DNA of 64,000 bases, from positions 28,768,001 to 28,832,000 of the forward strand of contig CATNEN010000038.1 of the NCBI GenBank assembly GCA_950097015.1. The letters run 5' to 3'. This DNA is from Macrostomum hystrix (taxonomy: Eukaryota > Animalia > Platyhelminthes). A program made the translations under genes and the position numbers. Below the pieces are notes generated by a model, which worked only from the letters and a program-made list of their open reading frames with translations, was not told the origin of the DNA and searched no databases. Shown here piece after piece: positions 47,983-64,000 of the stretch. Position 1 is the stretch's first letter, and each line of letters begins with the position of its first letter.

Positions 47983-50900
47983 GTGTGTCTAACACACCTT
48001 ACTCAGAGAGTAACGAACGCCGGAGTAAACACTACGGAGGGACCAAAAGCGAGGAAGACAGCGAGTGCGAAAGGCAGGCAGCGGCCGAACAAAAGATCCC
48101 AACCCCCAAACGATGGGGAAGGGGAGAAAGAAAAAGGGATAAGCAGTTACAGGCAGGCGGCCTGCACTTAAGAAGCAATAAAAACAGCGGAGCGCTTGCG
48201 GCGCGACAAAGCAGAGTTGGCAGAAAAGTAACGGAGGACAGCGTCCGATCGCCAGCCACCGAGAGTCCGAGTGTCCGATTCTGACAAGCCAACTTGATTG
48301 CTTGACAGGCACATGCGGAGGCAGCTGATGAACTGGCTGGCCGAGAGCTCACTTCCTTGGCTCAAGCTACACAGCGGTTCACTTGGATCGTCGGCAGGTG
48401 ACAGGCGAAGATGCGATCGCAGAGCACGCACTGGGCAGAGCGATGGTTCTTGGACCGACGGCAGAAGTACGACATGCGGCGTCGCCCCGAATTGGTTGGT
48501 CTTGGAGCGCGGGAGGGCCAGCTTCCAGCAGGTAGAAGAAGCCGACAGGCAAGCCCGCGAGACCGCGCAGCTGCTGCGGGCCGACAGAAAGTCGCCGAGG
48601 CGCAACATGCCCCACGAGCCCACCAGAAGAGCGGCCCAGAAGGCGGCTCAGCAGCTTCTGACTCAGCAGCTTCATCGTCTCCAGGGCCTTTTCCTCGGGC
48701 AGCGTTTTTGTGCCGGTCGCCGTGTTGATACACACGCCAAGGATGTTGATGCACTGGGCCGGCCTGATCACCTTGTCCCAGTTGATGGTGAAGCCGAGAC
48801 GCTGGAGGATGTCCAGCAGGTAGTTGAAGGCAGCAGAAGCTTAAGACTCCGACCGCCCAGCGATAGCCCAGTCGTCCAGATAGTTCACCGTGGCTGTGAA
48901 TCCAAGCTTTTGCATGTGACGAGTCACGGCGGCAGAGAGGCGGTGAAAAACCTCGCAAGCAGCTTTGGCACCAAACGGCAGCCTGGTGTCGCAGAGCAGA
49001 CTGTCGTGGCTGTCCGTATCAAACTGCCAGGAGAGACCGACGAGGGCGTAGTCCTCCGGCCTTATCGGCACGGACCTGTAGGCATTCTTGAGGTCGATCT
49101 TGGCCATGTAGCATCCAGGATGAAGATGGCGGACCAGTTGCTGGACAGTGCAGTACTTAATGTGCTGTAGTCTGGCTTGTTGGTGCGCGTGCACTTAGAT
49201 GTGCATGCGCGGCTTGTTTGGGGTGGGGGGTTTAGCGCTGCAGCGTGCGTTCGCTTAGGGTGGTTGCACCCACCCCAACTTTGCCGTTAAATATATTTGC
49301 GTGAGCCAGTGAGGGCTCCTGGCGTGATTGTTAGGTTCTACAACTTAACCCACGGTCTTACAGTGCTTCTGCTGGTCGTAACAGTCGTTGACCGACTGGC
49401 CGGACGGGTGGGACAGGTCGTGGATCAGGTGGATCCGCCCGTCGGGCTTGGGGATGGCGCCGATAGGATTGACTTTGATCGGACCGCTGCACCTGATGTA
49501 CCTCCCCAGGCGCAGCTCCTCCTGGATCTGGGCTTCAACTGCGTCGTGGTGCATCATGGCAGAGGCATGATTCTTGGACGACGTCATATGCGGTTGACCA
49601 GCGTTGGTGAGGGCGAACCCGTAAACGACACCTTGCATTAGGAATTCGCGGTCAGGGTCGTCGCTTAGCATTGCATTCCAGACATCAGGTTTGAGATCAG
49701 ACGAAATGGACGAGGGAGTAAAAGCAGAAACACCGGCGGTAAAATCTGAGTAGTCAGCTTGATAAAAAGACTTCAGTTTTTTGCACTCGCACCAGTCACG
49801 CGAGCTGACCATGGGCGTGAGCCGGATGCGATGCCTAGCAGCCTTGGATCTTGCAGACGTGGCGGAACTTGCAGCGCTGGTGTGTGCAGCCCGCCTCAGA
49901 GTTGAACCTCAAGCAAATAGACCGGGAAGTTGACGATGTGGAGGGCAGCTAATGTTGGTTGAGTTGCTTAGCCATAGTAAACCGCAGGTTGTTGGGCGCG
50001 TTGAGATGCTTGTGGTACAACTGGGGGGGCGACGACGATCGACCGGCTGGCGGCACTGCGGCAGCAGGTGGAGCTGCTCGAACTGCGTGTCCTGGAGGGT
50101 TGTCGTTGTGAACTCCAGCCGCAGCTTCACTCCCAGCAACGACCGGCGGTGCAGCCTCAGCCAGCGCCAGGTGAGCAGAACTTGCACGCTAACCTGCATT
50201 TGCCTGATGTTTTTGTCTCTGGGATGAGAGAAGCGGCGCAGCTCCAGCCCAGCAACTCCCGCGTCTCAACCCACAAAGCGCAGTTTATCATAGACCACGT
50301 GAAGCCATCCGGTAGAGTCGGTTCAGCCAGTCACGAGCAGCTGATTGCTACAATGAAGAATGGCGCTCTCACATTCAGGAAGCAGGAGCCAAAACTGTCT
50401 AGCATCTCGGTTGGTCAATGGATAGCCGCTAACTCCATCGTCCTGCAAGAGATGATCAGAAAGAAGCTACAGCCGGCTTCCGAAGACATCGGTCTCCTGA
50501 CTGATGTACTTGGCTATCTTGACTAGAAACGGAAGATTGGAGAGCTGCTGGATGCTGATTACCCCCAATCCGTGATCTGGGAGTTTGATGAAGACTATCG
50601 AAAACTGGTGGCTGAGACCGGCATGCTCTGTAGCGATGAGCCCCCGAAGACGCCTCGTCCGCACTGCCGTTACCGACATCGGTGCCAGGAGAAGACATTG
50701 GGTTTGTTGAGTGTTGACCTGCTCTGAGCTGAGTGCTGTGGATAGACGCTGGGCCAGTTGGCGCTTGTTGCTAGTAGCAGGTAGGCCTCTATTCCGCAGC
50801 TCTGCCTTGAGTTGGCGCACGTTGAGACGCTGTGGGCTAGCACTCATAGCTCAAACGGCAGGAGCGCGGGGGCTTAAAACGAGCCGGGGCAGCCAGCACC

Positions 50901-50991
50901 CCACGCCCCCCGCCTCCGGAGTACACGCACGCACGCACAAAGCGCCACACTCGGTGTGTCTAACACACCTTACTAAGAGAGTAACGAACGC
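47983..50991 (-). mobile_element. Decayed tyrosine-recombinase retrotransposon (Ngaro/DIRS-like)
   Basis: 38-bp direct repeats GTGTGTCTAACACACCTTACT[C/A]AGAGAGTAACGAACGC at both ends. ORF1 has a SAP domain (LNVRQLKAELRNRGL) and a Zn finger (CLRFNSEAGCTHQRCKFRHVC). RT motifs PIGAIPKPDG, KIDLKNAY, LPFG, YLDDW. YR C-terminus (CPVRAL, LGGWRSDAVLRY). Carries stops, deletions and an inversion. Confidence 0.9.
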
Positions 50992-51483
50992 ATTACGTAA
51001 AAGTTTGTTAAAACTGCTGTCTCTTAAAGTAAACACAAATTAAACTAAAACGTCACTAAAGTGTCGATGTAGTAAAGTCAAGGCCGCGATATTTGCAAGC
51101 TGAATGAAATAATAACTCGCCCAGTCAGAGGCTTTAGCATCGATATTTATTTTATTGAAGTACATAGTGCGTGAGCTGTTATTACGTAATATTGGAGGGC
51201 CAAATTGTACATTACTTTGGGGCTCAGGTTTGAACGTAAAATGGAGGGAATAAGAGAAGGAGCGTGTCTAGGTCAGTGCATATGGTACATGAACACTGTC
51301 CTACAGTGCCCCGGTTGCTACGACCAACATTGAGGCCAGAAGAAGTGAAAATAATTGCCGCTAGAGGGACTATGCTGAAACATTTACTGGGTGTCCTGGA
51401 AATTGCGTTCGGTCAGACCTGGTCGGACCTTGTCTGTCCTGGTCAGACCTGCAAGGGGGTTCTTTTGGCTTGTAGCCTAGTAA

Positions 51484-51745
51484 AGAGGTTGTCGCCTAGT
51501 GTTTAGGGTGTCGGACTCACGACTTGAAGGTCGGGGGTTCGATTCCTGACTCCACTCGAACAATTTCTTTCCTTTGGCAATACACTCAACTGTGCATTGC
51601 TTCAGTTCACCAAGCTGTTAAATGGGTACCAGCAACTGGGATAATTGAAGGTTAGTGTGGCGTCCCCCCAGTCCGTGTACTGAACAGCTGTTCGCAGCTT
51701 TCTGATGCGCCACGCAATAGCTGAGGCTGTGCCGTCGGCTGCCAA
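51484..51745 (+). mobile_element. SINE family B (CORE-SINE)
   Basis: Head GAGGTTGTCGCCTAGTG...GGTTCGATTCC and CORE block; short duplicated head just upstream. Confidence 0.85.
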
Positions 51746-53429
51746 CATTATTTAGCCTAGCAATAGCCTTCTCTTTGCTTTCAGTGACATGCGCCGGAAT
51801 GCTTAAATGAGCAAGGGCGAACTAAGAAAAGCATATTAGCATTCATCGATTCGAGAACACACGAGCATTCGCTCCACACTGGCAATTATTGAGTCGGGCT
51901 CCACCAGATGCAGCTGGACTCGGCTGTACTGCAGGGTCATGAGGCTGGGCGCAAGGTCGACCGTCGTTGTTCTCAGGGGCGAAGGCTTGCCGTGACAACT
52001 CGAAGGGGGATATGGGAATCATTACGAGCGTATATCAGGGATTGGGGACTTGGCATAGGGGGGAGACAACTTTGGGGAAGTAAGATAATTACGGGGGAAG
52101 TAGCAGGGGGATAGGGGATCTAGTGTTGAGGAACTGTGGCATGAAATTAGACAAGCACATCCGAAAGTCGGAACGTCAGGTTTTTTGGAGGAAAAACGAT
52201 GACATTATATCGGGAAGAATTCACGCATCACGCGCGTGAACCGTGATGGAAACCCACCGTTAACCCAGCCTCGACCCTGCACAGTGTACACGGTGTACAA
52301 CCGAGCCCTGTCGCGTTCTGATTGGCCCGAAGTTGTACTATAAGCTTAGTGGGAGGTGGGTGGTATTACACAATTGTTGCGCAATGCCAGACTATTTATT
52401 CGGTTACTTATTAATTATCTAATTATTTAAACTGATGCTAATACTTTAATTGTCTTAAAGATTACACTAGGAGAGATTAATACATTCGATTGTTATATTG
52501 AGGATAATAAGTAAGGGATTTGCGCAAATTAAAAGGACATTCAAAGGCTAAGCTCCACTCACGCTTGAGTGAACCAGAAAAATGGGAAGCGGAGGTTCGT
52601 TGGGAGTTTTGATGGGGCTGAGGGATCAAGGCGATGACTCATCGAGTCACGAGCTTTGACCACCCGGGTTGGCACCAAGGCTCACCTAAAATTCTATGGG
52701 GAAACTGGCAGGAAATCGGGGTGATATGAGTGAGTAAAATTACACCCAAGGACTTTGAGATCGAGTTTGGATCGAGTTCTAGCCATTAAAAGTGACACGA
52801 TTACAAATCATACAACTCGGAAATAAATGAAACGGTACAAAAACAATAAACTTCATTTTGTCCTAATTTGCAAAGGCTTAATAGGAAAAACTGTTTGCAT
52901 TGCTAAGCGATAATTATTATTTCAATTTTGAACAAGACGATAACTTAAAGCTTCCGTTATCTAAGAAAAATCAGCGTTATAAAATAAAGCCGGAAAAGAT
53001 TCTATGAAACCAAACGCGAGAATAAAATTAAAAAATTCGAGATTGCAGTTTACTTTAGGAAGAGACAAATTCTGCAAATATTTTGCCAATCTTTAAAGCG
53101 GACATTGTGGCTACGCAAAGCAAAATAGCTATAAAACAAGAAATCTAGTTAAAAAATCGGAGTTACACCGATATCAAGTTGGAACAATTTATATATGGTC
53201 TTCTTGGAAAAGGACACTCAGAGAAATTATTCTATATTGTAAAGATTTATTAAAACAAAGGAAAGTGAAATTGCATTAAGTCTCGTGAGTTTGAACTTGT
53301 TTGTTATTAAAATTTGTGATTTTTTATCACTATAAAATTTGCATCGATTTGCGCAAAAGTTACATAAATGTTTGTTAAAAATAATTTGTTAAAACAACTG
53401 TCTTTTGAAAGCGATACAAATGTACGTTC

Positions 53430-63131
<9,702 letters not shown>

Positions 63132-63824
63132 CTGTATTTAGCTTCATTTTCACCTTTATTTTGATTTGTCTATTTGTCTACCTTTTTGTTTTCCATTCTA
63201 TCCTATGAAACAACTTCCGGTACTTAAAATACCCTCGTGGTCATTCTCGGGGGGGATAGCGTGGCCTTACAATTGATAATGTTTTCTCTACCTATCGATT
63301 AGTGACTTTCTAACTCTTCAACAATGTCATCTCTACCTGTTAGTCAACCAGTATTTTCCACGTGTCAGTCAACCAATCGTCACTACCGAAGCAATTGCTA
63401 TTCGGTATATACACTCGTATTTTAGATAGTTTATAGTCGTCAGTAAAATAATCCTAAAAATGCCATAGACTACAGTGGCCGATGCTGACTATACACTAGA
63501 TCATAATAAAATCTAGTTATAAAATGAACTTGGACCTCAAATTATATTTCCACGCACAGAAGAAACTCGCAAGACCTTAATAATACTAGCCATGAACACT
63601 ACAAATTATGCGGCACCTTATATAGTAGATAAGGACGAAAGTGAAAGATTTTACGAAAGAGTAAAAATAACAACTGTTTTTGTTATTATGCTGCTAATCG
63701 TTAACCTGCTTGAATTGGCCTACTTAGATGTGAGGTAAGTCGCAACGGCGGGAATAAAACTAATCTAGTTGTGGATAATAACGTTTAATTAGTTTTTTAA
63801 AATGCTGCATGTTTAATCTAACCC

Positions 63825-63990
63825 GTGTTTCTTGTGATCTAATACGAATTTCTTGGAATCTAAATAGAATTTCTCGGAATCTAACAAGCGATTCTTAATT
63901 GGAATCTTACCAGAGTTTCTCTGAATCTAACACGAATGTCTTGGAACCCCTAGCCAAAATTTCTCGGAATCTATCATAAAATACTCTAAA
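63825..63990. repeat. Degenerate about 20-bp repeat (GAATTTCTCGGAATCTAA)
   Basis: Several diverged units at the window end. Confidence 0.6.
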
Positions 63991-64000
63991 TCAAACCAAA

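Noticed and set aside
48298-49170. 290-aa plus-strand ORF
   Set aside because: Antisense shadow of the GC-rich RT/YR coding sequence on the minus strand.

Overview
Eukaryotic, intron-rich invertebrate genomic DNA. The many 14-32-bp minisatellites and the gene content suggest a free-living flatworm such as Macrostomum, but that is inference only. Spliced or single-exon genes I could reconstruct by hand: (1) a secreted agrin-NtA/NTR-like protein cut by the left edge; (2) a miniature Mind-bomb-like ankyrin + 2xRING E3 ligase; (3) a group III (bee-venom type) secreted phospholipase A2; (4) a non-alpha (beta1/UNC-29-like) and an alpha nicotinic acetylcholine receptor subunit in tandem; (5) a small secreted single-CRD TNFR-like protein and a related membrane receptor with two CRDs; (6) a cytosolic sulfotransferase; (7) a FAX/FAXC GST-like protein; (8) a probably GPI-anchored NtA/NTR-like protein; (9) the 3' part of a WDR49-like WD40 gene. 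Mobile DNA comprises two tRNA-derived SINE families (one with a CORE domain), a nearly intact DD34D mariner, a deleted Tc1, two MITE/foldback elements, and a decayed tyrosine-recombinase (Ngaro/DIRS-like) retroelement with a precise internal inversion. About 15 tandem arrays occur, several sharing motifs. The best candidate for an undescribed system is the soluble-CRD plus membrane-CRD receptor pair, with kappaB-like sites upstream of the soluble gene and of the mini-MIB ligase. No CRISPR or rRNA was found. Most long ORFs in the track are translations of satellites.
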